64,000 bases of DNA from Felis catus (lineage: Eukaryota). Location: positions 1,984,001-2,048,000 of the forward strand of contig NC_058368.1 of assembly GCF_018350175.1 (NCBI RefSeq), written 5' to 3'. Within the stretch, counting starts at the first letter, position 1. Each line of letters starts with the position of its first letter. Positions 36,413 to 49,911 of the stretch are shown in pieces. The notes under the pieces are model-generated. The model worked only from the letters and a program-made list of their open reading frames with translations, was not told the DNA's origin and did no database searches. The translations under genes were made by a program, and so were the position numbers.

Positions 36413-37143
36413 GAGGCTCTGAGACAAATGGGGGGAAATGTTCTCTTATTCTCCTTTACAAATGTTTGAAAGATTACATCATCATCATCAATCATCACCA
36501 AATATACCGAACAATAAAACCAACACCCAGTTTCTCTTTGTCCCACGGTCTTTCTTCACAGTCCTGCCTCCTTATCCTGTAAGCATTGAGGGCCAAAAAC
36601 TGAGTCATATTCATGTTTGTATTCCACTGTGCTTAGCAAACAGGGACTGCTCACTGTTTGGTTAAGTACCGAGCGAATGAACACATGTGCAGAAGCACAG
36701 CCCTTCATCCCGTGGTTTCCCCCCCACCTTGCAAGTTCTTGGAAGGCAGGAAAAAGCATCATTTCACATCCGAGTCAGTGTCCTTGAGACCTTTTCAAAT
36801 AACCCATTCTTCCTTTGCACCTGCTCCTATCTCCTCACCTTCTCCTCTCAGGCAACTATCTGAAATCCCTCTTGCAAATTGGTTCAAATTCAAATTGTCT
36901 GGGGACAACTGGCCCAGCAAATAATGTCTAGGAATGAAACAGTTAATTAGAAGTCTATCTATCTGGGTGTTGCCTATGGAGTGAAAAATTACAAATGGAC
37001 TGAGTGTCCCAAAATAAACTAATGTCTATCAGTCATGTAGTGAACTACAACACCATTAAAAAAAAAAAAATAGTGTGAGGGAATAAAATTTCATGACATG
37101 GGAAAACGTTTCTACTATACTGCCAAGTAAAAATAAACCAACA

Positions 37144-37356
37144 GGGGCTCTGGAGTGGCTCAGTCGGTTAAGCGTCTGACTCTTGATTTTGGTTCAGGTC
37201 ATGATCTCAGGGTTGCTGAGATCAAGCCCTGCGTCTGACTCTGTGCTGACAGCTCGGAGCCTGCTTGGGATCCTCTCTTTCCCTCTCTCTGTCCCTTGTC
37301 CCCCCTCCCCCCCACCTTTTCCGTAAAATAAATAAATATTAGAAACAAACAAAAAA
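37144..37356 (+). mobile_element. CAN-SINE
   Basis: SINE head and tail. Confidence 0.85.
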
Positions 37357-40300
37357 TGGTAACAAAGATACATATACGACTTCAGCTCATACTTGGTGCA
37401 TTAGCCGCAAGTCTGGTTACTCTTGGTTTACGTTTCGTTTTCCGTCATAGCTCTTACACGACAATCACGGTGAAGAAGGGATCTCAGTAGCTGGTAGAAC
37501 ACAGAACTAAATGCAGAAGAGCTACAGACCCCACAGATGCCCAAGCGCGTGACGTGAGCCCACAGGGCAGGGGAGGGTGAGGTGTGCAGCGGAAAACAGG
37601 TGCTCTGCCGGAGGTCCATATGCAGGGCACCTATGTCCTCGGGTCCCCACCCTGGGCAGGAGGCACTGAACCAGAAGCACTGGCATCGGAGACCGTAGCG
37701 CAGCCAGGGGCAGACAGGAAGCACCAGAAGGAAGCAGAGACCGGGCCAGACATGCTGGATCGACGACGGCCCGCCAGCGACCCTCTCCTGTCCTGTGGAC
37801 AGACCTCCCAGAGCCACTGCCCATCCCCCCTGCAGCTCACAGACTTGAGGGGCTCCCCTGGAAAAACCCAAGTGTCCCCGAGACGAGCCTCCAGAAGCAG
37901 ACAGTTGAGGGACTGGCTCTCTGCCTGATCTCCCTACAGCGAAGAGCCCATCAACAGGCCCCACCCCACAGTCCCTCCGCTCAGCATCTCAGTGCGTCAC
38001 TCCCCAATATGAACAGCCCCCGATCACCAGACCCTCGGGAAAGTCTTCCAACAGGAAGTCAGCACAAATCAAACAGTACATGCGACAGGACCCTGTTCTC
38101 GTGAGACCTTACGAAATCACAGCTTATACCACACGTTCACGGTAGCCGCCTCGCGGTGGCAACAGCATGACTCTCCATAAACGTGCGCCAAACACCCCCT
38201 GGGGGACCCGTGACCCTTCCTGCTTCCTCTCGCTTCTCCTTTGGCCACTATTCTGAAACGTCTGCTCCCCCTCACTCAGCCTATCAAAGGCTGACACGGA
38301 CTTGTCGACGCGGCGAATGTGTGCCAACTTCTGGTTGAAAGAATCGACACACCGTCTCCGCCCCGCCATGGGTCTCAGACCTTCACCAAATGCGAAGGCA
38401 CGCTGACCCTCTGCTGCAAACGACGTGGCTGGAAGTAATGTTTCTCGTTTCAGGGAGGATCGTGCTCTTAAACTGGTCACTGGACCCACAAGTGGCAGAA
38501 AGCGGATTAAAAAAAATCACAAAATGTACAACTTCTTAGGCGCATTAACATTTTCTCTGAGAAAACAGAGGTTTTGAACGGCAAGTGACCCCATGTGATG
38601 GATGATGAAACAGTTCTCAGTACACGCTACTGCTGGGAGGCTCTGCCCCGGTCCAGGAATTTCAAGATCTGTTGTGCTTCTGTCTCGACTGGACAATCTG
38701 GGGGCAAAATACCACCGGCAGGCTAGGACAGAGCTAAGAGTTCCAAAAATGATAGAACACTGCACTTATTAATTTTTGCCAGAAATTAATTTCAGCCCTC
38801 CCACGAGGAAATTTTCTATTCCTGTTTTCTACCTAACAGTGCTCCGACCCTCAGAGTGAATTCTTAGGAAATGCCATTTATGCCACCGGCCACAGCCCAC
38901 AACTATAAGCGGTTTGGTAGATTTTTGAAGGAAATGGGCAGCTTGAGAGGATGACGTTGGCACAGGGCCACGTGCTGTACAGGACCCTTTACCTAAATCA
39001 TCTGCCGTCAACCCCACAACTACCCTGTGAAATGAGAATTACCCACCACGGTTCCGAGACGGAAAAACCGAGACTAGAACAGATCAGTAATTCACCTAGA
39101 GTGACAGAGACAACACGGCTCTCTGCCTGATCACGGACGGGCTGGTGTTAAGAAGCTGGTGTTGTTTCTGTTACAGAGCAACTAGTTGAGGTACAGGGGT
39201 TTTGTTCAAGCCAACGACTTCGTGATTTCAGCTGTTAACATTTCGTTTGTTCGGAACAGTTACTAAAGCACCAACCCGTAAGGGGCCCTGCTCTGGGTTC
39301 TGGGGCTGCAGCAGTGACAGAGCAGACCAAAGTCCCTCTGCTCATGGGACTTCCATTCTGGGGGTGGGGAACGTTCCTACGCCTAACGATTCTCGTTGCT
39401 TGCTCACTCAGGCCAGTTACGCCAACCAGCTGTAGCACTCAGGTGCAGTGGGGGCTGCTTTTAGGGGTTACTGGTAACTACTCAGTAGAGTTACGGAAGC
39501 ATGAGGTTGGTCCCGGTGGGACCTGGCCCGTTGTCCTCGCTTCATGCCCAAGTCATAGGCCCGTCCTCAGGGTGCGAGCAACGAGCCTGAGCCAGGACTA
39601 TCATACCTCGGAAAAGCAAAACCCAGCGTGCGCTAATTCCAAAACGCATGGAAAGAGTCGAATTCTCCGTAGACAAGATCTAAAACAGGCAGGCAAGGTA
39701 AAGGTGGGGTCGTGTGAAAAGCTGCACTCGGAAGTCTGTGATACAAAGTCTTGACCTTGTTTCAAGGCCGCAGCAGAGTTCCATTTTAACGGTTCGCCTT
39801 TCACATTTATGTTGGAATGCTCTTTCCTCTTACGCTCTGAAACGTCCTTGTCCTTGTCCTCCATGAAGTTTGTGTAGCTCATTTAAAAATGAAATAAGGG
39901 AGCGGATTTCAAAGGCTAAACGCTTTAAGGGGAGCAAACGGATAAGAAGAGAATTATTCTAAAAAACCAGAACAGGACAATACGAAGTCTGTGATGCTGG
40001 GGAGCATCCCTGGACGCTCCCTGGACGGGGACGGGGACGGGGACACGGATGGGCCATGTGTGGCGCTCGCGAGCCCAGCGGCCTTCCTTCTCACTCGTGC
40101 TCTCAGATGGGAGCAAACCGCAGAGGACAATTGGCAATTCAAGCGGCTATCCTCTCAGGTCAAATGATCTATCTGAAACAAGTTCCAGGACTCAGACACA
40201 GCAGCCAAAGAAAGCAGTCACGCAGTCCGCTTCGACAAACCAAAAAAGCCCGTTTGCACTGCCGTATGGTTTGGCTTAGCTCGAGACGCGAGTATGAGTA

Positions 40301-40780
40301 CAGCGTAACCTTTGCTAAGGAACGGCCACGAAGCAAGTCTTTTCGGATGAAAGGCATATGTTTGATGTGTGTTACAAAATTCCACGCCGGGAGGGTTTCA
40401 CGGTAGCTCTTTCAGGGCGCTGTGGAGGCAGCACCCTCGCCAGCGATGCCCGCCTCGGTCGCGGTCACAGCGTCAGAAAGACACACACCAGCAGCCCGTC
40501 CGCTAATGTGCGTCCTGCTGGCCTCACTGAACTGGGACGGTCCGTTTCTGGAGCCAGCTCTGCCGCTATCCAAGCTGAGCAACACAAACAAACATCACGG
40601 GGCCAGGGAAGGGATGAAAACGATCCTCTAAAAAATGTGTGTGGACTGGTTTAACTTTAGAGACTCAACCACATGAACACTCCTTTCTCAGAAATTCACA
40701 AACAACACCTAACGGTCTTTACCCAGCTGGGCAATCTGAGCTCTTCTAAGATCTGGTCTGTTTGGTGACAGTTTAGTTTT

Positions 40781-41004
40781 TTTTAATTTCTTTTTTCTTT
40801 ATGTTTTTCTTTATTTTTGACAGAGAGAGAGAGACAGAGCATGAGCAGGGAAGGGGCAGAGAGAGAGGGAGACCCAGAATCGGAAGCAGGCTCCAGGTTC
40901 TGAGCCATCAGCACAGAGCCCAATGCGGGGCTCAAACTCACAGACTGAGATCATGACCTGAGCTGAAGTCGGACGCTTAACCGACTGAGCCACCCAGGCG
41001 CCCC
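40781..41004 (-). mobile_element. CAN-SINE
   Basis: TSD ggtga(c/a)agtttagtttt on both flanks. Confidence 0.92.
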
Positions 41005-41782
41005 GGTGAAAGTTTAGTTTTGAAAAAGGTACTGAAAATGTATCTGTCGGCTGGCTGGCTGTAAGCCCCAAGAGGGGCCATCAGGTCTCGTATGTTCACT
41101 ACGGTACCCTTGGGGGCCTAACACTGTGCCTGGCACGCAGCAGGCCCTCCCTAATACACGCTGAATCAGCGACACTAGGAATTTATTTTCAGGCTCAAAC
41201 ACCTGGTGTTCTGGCTAAAACTGTCTAACACTCTTGGTCCAGTAACATCTAGGTTACCATGAAATGACCTATAGCGAACTTCAGCAAGTGTGGTTTTAGC
41301 ACTTTCTTTATTCTTTCATGTCGGAGTTCAGACGTCAGATGGTGGTAGGAAAAAGTCCAGATCGGCTGTAGAGATGAAGGGACAGCCAGCCGGAGGACCG
41401 ACCGCGGGAGGGTGCTTGTGTTTGGTGCGTTTCACTTTGTGCTGCTGGTTGTAACCCTCAGGACCCTGCCCTGGATGAAGGTCTGTGTTTCACACACAGC
41501 AAGGACCAGGACTCTGGCAGAGAGCAGACAAGGTACCCTCTCCTCTGCACAACTTCTGAGACGTGGTGAAGGAATCATCCACACATAATTAAAGACACCT
41601 AGCAGACCCGCACAGTAATCCACATGATGCACAGTAACTCACCTGAAACCCAAATAAAACTTAGAAACTTCTGGAAGAGGACAACAAGCAAAATACCTTT
41701 GGCTTCGCTGACGCCCAACTTTAAAAATTTTCCAAGGTGGGTGCTATAAACAGAATTCCGGGGATTGTCAAGAATTAATTTT

Positions 41783-41897
41783 GGGGGCACCTGGCTGGAT
41801 CCAGAGGTTGAGCACGTGACTCTTGATCTCAGGGTTGTGAGTTCAGGCCCCATGTCGGGTGGAGAGATTACTTAAAAATAAAATCTTTAGAAAAAAA
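41783..41897 (+). mobile_element. Short, older CAN-SINE
   Basis: ggggcacctggctgg...gactcttgatctcagggttgtgagttca...gagattacttaaaaataaaa. Confidence 0.8.
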
Positions 41898-42180
41898 TTA
41901 ATTTTCTAGGATCAGCAGTTTCCCTTTTTATACCGGTTCATTCCTTTAAAAGTAGCCAGGAAAAAAACGTTCTTTCTTCTTATTTCACCCTTGTCCTACA
42001 ACCAGGAAATATCAGCACTCTGCTGTAAATACTAGGACATTAAGCACAGCCCCTCTTGTGACCTTGAGTAAAAACAAGTGTTTCTCCACACCAATAGCAA
42101 ATGACTGGTTTGTTCACTTCACAGTTGAGAAATGAGCCGAAAACCTCCTGCTCCTAAAACCCCACAGAAAACCTAAAGTA

Positions 42181-42407
42181 GGGGTGCCTGGGTGGCTCAG
42201 TCGGTTAAGCGTCTGACTTTGGCTCAGGTCATGATCTCACAGCTTGTGGGTTGGAGCCCCGCATCAGGTTCTGTGCTGAGAGCTCGGAGCCTGGAGCCCG
42301 CTTCGGATTCTGTCTCCCTCTCTCTGCCCTCTCCTGCTCGTACGCTGTTCTCCTCTCTCTCAAAAATGAATAAAACATCAAAAAAATAGTTAAAAAAAGA
42401 AAAAAAA
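42181..42407 (+). mobile_element. CAN-SINE
   Basis: agaaaacctaaa repeated on both flanks. Confidence 0.92.
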
Positions 42408-43899
42408 GAAAACCTAAAATAACTGTCTACCACAGCAGGGCCCATGACTGCCCCCTTGCTTCCTGTTCCATCCACCTCCCTGACATGAGGGACCCCAGGA
42501 CAAAGGACAATACCTGCCCAGCCCTTGGCCACGTGTCTGTTCTCAGAGAGAAGTCTGAGTGGGACACCAAATTACTCCGGAGAAAGAAACACGCCCCGTG
42601 GAATATAGCAAAACCGGAAACAAATTCGTCTTCGTTGGAAGGGCTTCTTTCTTTCTCAGGTTTCTAAGGAAAGTGAAGCAGTGGAGTAGTCACGGGAGGG
42701 GACAAACCATCAGGGAAGCCCTCAGCAGAGTGCCCAGCACTTGAACAGCAGCTGGGTGATGAAGTAAAACACGGAGCCCGTCCCCGCGTCACTGTCCGTC
42801 CGCACTCTATGCAGAAGTGCGTATGGTTGCCATTTTGTTTACACCGGGACTCACATTTCATGACAAGGTGCCCTTATCTACATGTGATGTGCTTCTCCGC
42901 GTTGTGATTCACAGACCACAAAATGCTTGTCTGATCCATCCGAGGATCTCGCTCTGCAGTTTGAAAGACACTTGACCGAAAATGCTTGGGGGCCATCAGC
43001 AACCCTTCCACCAAAAGGAGCAGTCATTTCTTCATACCAGTGATGTGAGACTTTTGAAAATGCCCTCCCTTCAGTGTCGGTGCCACAGTCCTCTCCTGTC
43101 TTCCCACGTTCGAGCCGCCACGTGGAAGTGGGAAGGCGTCGGCTGGGCTGGCTCGATTCTCCAGGATCAATTTTACTCCCGCGGAGGACCATCAGCTAGT
43201 CGGTCAGCAGATCTGCAAACTCACAGGGCAGAAAGGTCTGTGGACCCTAGGACGCTCCCTCAGGCACGTACAAGGACTTAAGAGGTCAGTGAGAGTGAGG
43301 ATTTATTTGAGAAACAGGGAAGCGAGTTCCTTCCTGATTGGGAACAGACGACCCTATCTGGAGCTTCTTGTGACCTGCGGGGTCTGCAATGATGCGGAAG
43401 GAACTTACCAGCAGCACGTGATAAGGCACTGACCCGGAAAAGCGAAACCAGGTCCCAGGGCCCCTGACGCTGGGCCCGGAAAGCAGGCTGGCGGGCACGG
43501 CCTGCTCTGGTCCCACACACACCCCGCACACACCCGTCCACCAGCCTCCGACAGGGCGCCAGGGCGCCTTGCACAGCACCCCAGAAACCAGCTGGGGTAC
43601 CAAGCAGCACAAGGTGAAAGGTCCTTCCTCCCAGCCTTCTCAGATCCACACGCTGAGATAACCAAAATGCGCCCCTGGACTGCCTTTCCACACTGCCGTC
43701 CCCACATCAGAAGGGCGGACTTCATTTGTGACACGAAAGCGATTAGAGCAAAGGGTGGTGAGCCCGGCGGGAAACAGAGGACCGCCGAGAGGACTAGCCC
43801 CGTGGGCGCCCACGCTTGCTGAGGACTTTTTAAAAATACCAAGGCCCGGAACCCATGCAAGACGGATGAAATCGGAACCTCTGGGGCTGGGTGTGCGAG

Positions 43900-43901
<2 letters not shown>

Positions 43902-43985
<84 letters not shown>
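43902..43985. repeat. Compound (TG)n(AG)n microsatellite
   Basis: Seen directly. Confidence 0.95.
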
Positions 43986-43990
<5 letters not shown>

Positions 43991-44621
43991 AGAGAGTGTG
44001 TTTGCACATGTTCCCAGAGCTCCCCGTGAGTCTAAGTGCTCAGGGCTGAGAACTGTTGCTTCCAGCATTTGCCCTGAGGTTCTACACTTCCCCCAACACA
44101 CCCTCTACCTCTTCTCTCCCACTGGTGCTGGAGCTAAGCTCCCTGACACCCCATCTTCAGACCGCGCTGTCGGAAAGCAGGCGCCGCATGGCCCTTGCTC
44201 CCCTGTGCCCCAGTCCAAACCGCCGCCCCCTTCCCGAGAGGCAAAGTGAGTTCTGCCAAAGTCAAAACTGAGCTTTTTATCCCAGGTGCTTCCAGGAATC
44301 CCGGGCTTGCCACCCGAGTCCGAGAAATTGAATATTTGAGCAAGCGGGGGTCAGAGATGAGAGGTATTAAAGGTATTAAACAATCAACCAATTTAGATAT
44401 GAAAATGGGAGTTTCATTCGCCGGGTTTTGGGAAACTGAACTTGATATAAACAGAATTATTCACCGTGATAGAGAGTAAAAGGTCTTCACTATATTCACG
44501 AAGGGATTTTCCAGCTACTCTTCAGGGAGGCGGGAGGGGCCATAATATCCTGGCTTTAAAAGAAATAATCACTTTTTCTGAGACGCATTTATCATCTTGA
44601 TCATATATAAATTAAAGTCAT

Positions 44622-44837
44622 GGGGCACCTGAGTGGCTCAGTAAGTGTCCGACTTCGGCTCGGGTCATGATCTCGCGGTCTGTGGGTTCGAGCCCCGCGT
44701 CGGGCTCGGGGCTGACGGCTCGGAGCCTGGAGCCTGCTTCACATCCTGTGTTTCCGTCTCTCCCTCTGCCCCTCCCCCACTCATGCTCTGTCTCTCTCTC
44801 TCTCTCTCTAAAAAATAAGCACTAATTAAAAAAAAAA
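44622..44837 (+). mobile_element. CAN-SINE
   Basis: SINE body and tail. Confidence 0.9.
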
Positions 44838-46304
44838 CTTAAAAACATGATAAGCCATGAACCTTCCCCTTCTTACTCTGCATGCCGTGCCAACGGCCCC
44901 CCCCCCAGGCATCTGATCTCCCCTCTTTAGCAAACACAGGAGGCAGCTGAGCGGCCGGTTTTGAGCCTCGAGCCGCTGGCAGGGGAGTAGAGAGCCGCCA
45001 GAGGGAAGAGGGCTCGGCCCGACCCCAGCGAGGGGGCCTGACGCAGGACTGCAGGTGGCCGGTGGTGGCCAGTGCCGCCTCGAAGCCGCCTCTGCTGCTG
45101 TCTCGGCGAGCGGCCGTTCTGGGGCTTCGTGTCTCGATGCCGTTAGACCACACTTCGGCCGCGTCAACACTGACCCAGAGCTCAACACTGAACAGAGGGC
45201 TCACAGGTCACCCAGAAGCCCTGGGACCAGCTTCTGTACAAGACAGACAGGTCCGGGGCTTCTCCTTTTCAAGGGAAGCCAAAATTCCAAATTTTAGTGT
45301 GGAGCATCCTGGTTTCTGAAAGTTGGAAACCGATTTTTTTTGTTTTTTTAACTGTAAGGTAGTGTGTGGGAGTAGAAGAAAAACGCCACTGCTGAAGACG
45401 GAGATCCCTAGGCTTCCGCTCTGTGACCTCTGCTTTCTACAGACTGGAACCCGAGCTGCCAAGTGCACTGACCGGACTCTGACTGCCGGGGTGTGAGCAC
45501 GTCACCCAGAACCATCTGCGAGGCGTAACCAACCCACATCAGGTAGCGAACCGCCGTTCCTGAGAACGTCTGGTCCCTCGGGCTTCTGAAGCTGAGGGTC
45601 AACAATGAAACAAGATCTGAAAGTTCCAAAAGGACTGGAAGGAGGGCCAGCGGACGACACATTTTGCGCTGCTGGCGGAAAGAAAACAGTCAGGGGGCCT
45701 GGGAAGAGGGCAAGCAGGCAGCCTGGCACCTTGCGAGGGAGGGGCCCCCACGGCAAACGCACAGATTTCCACGGAGAAAAGTTACATCTTTAACTGTGAA
45801 AAATAAAACGTCATGTTCAAAAAACAAAACAAAAAAACACAAACAGATTTAAACCCAAGAAGAAAAGGAAGCGGAATACGGAGAGAAGCAGCAGCTCATG
45901 AAATGATAAACCGAGACCGCGAAACAATGCGATTCCAGTTTCTCGGTTTTTCTATAAAATGCATACATACAAAAAGACTGAAGGGATAAATCAACGTATT
46001 AATGGTAAAAAATTTACTTTGACCAGTGGTTGCTTGTCAGAAGTAAAGTTTTCAATGGCTTTTGTCTCATTCACCTACGGTGTCTGAAGTTTTCTGCAAT
46101 TAATAGAGATTACCGTTTTAGAAGTGATGAAATGACAATAAAATTATAAAAGCTGCCCCTTCTAAGATGGTTGAACTTTTAGCGAGGACACTTATAAGCA
46201 AGCGGTCCGAGAGGAGAATGTCCAAAGCAAGAGCACCCTAGGGAGCTGGCCCCGACCACGGCGTGACCGAAGAATGCCCCACCTCGCTGTTACCACTGAC
46301 TAGC

Positions 46305-46577
46305 ACCGCACTGTCACGTGGTAATTTCCATTTTTCTAGTAGCCGCATTTAAGAAAAGCCGAACTACAAGTGGAATTAATGCTAATGTGTGTTCTTTCAT
46401 GCAATATATCTTTCAGCACGTAACCGATATTAAAAACACAGAGAGGTTTCACATCCTCTTTCTCTCATGACGTCTTGCAAATCGGGTATATATTGACTCA
46501 GTATCTCAACTCAGATAGGGCACACCCCCGGGGCTCCGCAGCCGAGAGTGGCTCAGGTCCCGCCCAGGCAGCGTGGC
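46305..46577. mobile_element. MER33-like hAT/Charlie DNA transposon remnant
   Basis: taatttccatttttctagtagccgcatttaagaaa...aagtggaattaat...tcttgcaaatcgggtatatatt...tatctcaactcaga resembles recalled MER33. Confidence 0.6.
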
Positions 46578-47297
46578 CCAAGAGCACCAGCTGCGTCCAC
46601 TAGGCCACTCAACAGTTATGCAGAACCCAGCAGACTACTCTCCCCAAGTCACGATTTGGTTCTGCTTTGTTCACAGGTTCTTATTTAACAAATTCTTATC
46701 AACTATTATCAATATTGTTAATGTTGATAATACATGTTACTCCCTGTATCTTTAATGAAGCATAACCTACATACACTGGCAGAAAAGAGTTTCTTGTTGG
46801 TGGCTGTGGGGGTGGGGGGTGAGGCATGGACATATTGGCAGGAACACCTACGGGAGGGTTTCTGGAGAGGACAGGGACCCAGATGAGTGGAACGATCTCG
46901 TTCAATAACTACCTTTCAGAGTCTTCCTCCATGTATGATTATTTAAGTGTTTCCCTCTAATTCATGACACATGTATGAAGTAGCATACCATGAAATTCTT
47001 CTGCTTGGCTTTTGTGACCTCTGGACTCAAAATTAGGTTTGGGTCTTGACATTGTTCATGCCAGCATCTAGAACAGTACTAAACGTATGCTGGTCAGCTG
47101 GCTCATAGGTGGCAGGACGGTGAGGAGGATGGACTGAAATTCTTGCCATGACGCCTCACATAATGCTCCAGGCTAGAGGGGTGTTGAGCTGTGGAGACAT
47201 GCCCCTGATGGCCATGTGGCCCTGTAGATCTGGGGTGGGCTTTTCCATCAGTCTTGACTCCGGCAAGGATTGGATTAGGGCTTTATCCTTAAGCTTC

Positions 47298-47716
47298 TTA
47301 TTTTTTTATTTTTATTTTTGACAGAGCTTGCACATGCGAGTGGGGGAGGGACAGAGGGAGAAGGAGAGAGAATCTTAAACAGGCTTCACACCCAGTGTGA
47401 AGCCTGATGTAGGGGCTCGATTTCACCACCGTGAGATCATGACTTGAGCGGAAATCGATAGCTGGGTGTTTTAACGTTTATTTATTTTTGAGACAGAGAG
47501 AGACAGAGCATGAACGGGGGAGGGGCAGAGAGAGAGGGAGACGCAGAATTGGAAGCAGGCTCCAGGCTCTGAGCCATCAGCCCAGAGCCCGACGCGGGGC
47601 TCGAATTCACGGACCGAGAGATCGTGACCTGAGCTGAAGTCGGACGCTTAACCGACTGAGCCACTCAGACGCCCCGATAGCTGGGTGTTTAACTGACTGA
47701 GCCACCCAGGTGTCCC
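47298..47716 (-). mobile_element. Older CAN-SINE split by a nested younger CAN-SINE
   Basis: Host halves at 47298-47471 and 47676-47716. Confidence 0.85.
47472..47675 (-). mobile_element. Nested younger CAN-SINE
   Basis: TSD gatagctgggtgttt at 47457-47471 and 47676-47690. Confidence 0.9.
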
Positions 47717-48176
47717 TGTCCTTAAGCTTTGTAAAGAACAGCTCACTTTTGTCCTTAATTTTGCTTGACATTTTGGAAGAGCTTCTCCATCTCTCCCTGT
47801 CACCACCCCCACTCCCCAGGAATTGGCCTGATCATCCTTAAGCCACCTCTGAAAGTACTGGCCAAAACCAGCAGTGCCCCCGAGATCCATAACGGTCTCT
47901 AGAACTTACATCTGCTGCCCCACCCTCTTCTAGGCTGTAGGAAGGGGGAGAAGGAACAAACTGCATTCATTTTAACTGGACAACTCAGTAAGTGTGGCAG
48001 ATATATACAACTGTAAAACCATGGTCACAAGACACAGAGTATTTTCATCATTCCTGACATTTTCTGAGTGCTCCTTTGTGGTACTCCCTCCTTCCACCCC
48101 CACCCACCCTAATTAACCACTAATCTACTTTCTATCACTACAAATTAGTTTCTTTCTCTAAAATATTATGAAAAGA

Positions 48177-48830
48177 TGGGAATGCAAGCTGGTGCAGCCA
48201 CTCTGGAAAACAGTATGGAGGTTCCTCAAAAAACTAAAAATAGAACTACCCTACGACCAGCAATTGCACTACTAGGCATTTACCCAAGGGACACAGGTGT
48301 GCTGTTACGAAGGGACACAGGCACCCCCATGTTTATAGCAGCACAATCAGCAATAGCCAAAGTATGGAAAGAGCCCAAATGTCCATCGATGGATGAATGG
48401 ATAAAGAAGATGTGGTATATACATACAATGGAGTACTACTCGGCAATCAGAAAGAATGAAATCTTGCCATTTGCGACTACGTGGATGGAACTGGAGGGTA
48501 TTATGCTAAGTGAAATTAGTCAGTCAGAGAAAGACAAATACCATATGATTTCACTCATATGAGGACTTTAAGAGACAAAACAGATGAACATAAGGGAAGG
48601 GAAACAAAAATAATATAAAAACAGGGAGGGGGATAAAATATAAGAGACTCATAAATATGCACAACAAACTGAGGGTTACGGGAGGGGTTGTGAGAGGGAG
48701 GCTGGGCTAAATGGGTAAGGGGCACTAAGGAATCTACTCCTGAAATCATTGTTGCACGATATGCTAACTAATTTGGATGTAAATTTTAAAAAATAAAACA
48801 AGTTAAAATTAAAAAAAAGAAAAAAAAAAG
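48177..48830 (+). mobile_element. Relatively young feline L1 3' end, 5'-truncated
   Basis: Nearly intact ORF2 C-terminus (...LLGIYPRDT...PMFIAAQSAIAKVWKEPKCPSMDEWIKKMWYIHTMEYYSAIRKNEILPFATTWMELEGIMLSEISQSEKDKY), 3'UTR and A-rich tail. Confidence 0.93.
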
Positions 48831-48891
48831 AAACCCAACACATGGTTTCAGGACCAAATCTTCACTAAACTGCACCGGGCAGTGTGTTATA

Positions 48892-48985
48892 GAAAAAAAA
48901 AGAAAGAAAGAAAGGAAAGAAAGGAAAGAAAGGAAAGGAAGAAAGGAAGAAAGGAAGAAAGGAAGAAAGAAAGAAAGAAAGAAAG
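48892..48985. repeat. (GAAA/GGAA)n purine microsatellite
   Basis: Seen directly. Confidence 0.9.
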
Positions 48986-49707
48986 AGCGAGCCCAGACTC
49001 TAGTTTCAGTATGAACTAGGTTCAAGCCTCAACTACACAACTATGTTTCGGAGCTTATGTGGCTAAATTTGTTTACCTCTCCTAATTTCGTATTCTTCAT
49101 TTGCCAAACAGAAATATGTTAGGGCTTCCTTTCCTGCAAGAGCTTTGTAAACATACAGATTAAAAAATTATTGAAGGTGTTTCAATGAAAAAAAAACTAT
49201 GAAAAGAAAATCCTATATAATCCTACTTCGTGTTTAGCATCTTTCATGCAGCTTGATTTTGAAATTTGCCCACAGTGCTGTGTATGTAAGTGGTCCCCAC
49301 AGGCTTCTTTTAATTGGTGAATAGTATTCCACTGTACAGACATGCCAGCATTTATTTATCCATTCGCCTGTTGATGGACATTTGAGCTGTTTATTGTTTT
49401 TGGCTATTACAAATAAACCTGCTATGAACATTTATGCACAAGTCTTTTTGTAGACACAGGTTTTCATTTCTCTTTGAGAAATAATTGAGAGGAATGACTG
49501 AGACGTATGGTTGGTATATATTTAAGAAATGTTTTTACATTTCCACCGTAAATTTAAGGAAATTCTAGTTGCTATACATCCTCACCAACACTTGGTGTTA
49601 TCAGACTTTAAAATTTTATCCTTGGGGGCGCCTAGGTGAAGTGTCTACTCAAATCTTTGCCCGTTTTTAAAGGCTTGTCATTTTATTATTAAGTTGTAAG
49701 AATTTTT

Positions 49708-49911
49708 GGGATGCCTGTGTGGCTCAGTCGGTTGAGCATCAGACTCTTTATTTCGGCTTGGGTCATGATCTTGAGGTTTGTGGGATCGAGTCCTGTGTTG
49801 GGCTCTGTTTTGGTAGCTCGGAACCTGCTTGGGACTCTCTCTCTCTCCCTTTGTCTGCCCCTCCCCCGCTCATGCTTTCTCTCTCAAAATAAATGAATAA
49901 ACTTAAAAAAA
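49708..49911 (+). mobile_element. CAN-SINE
   Basis: SINE body; taagaatt repeated on both flanks. Confidence 0.87.
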
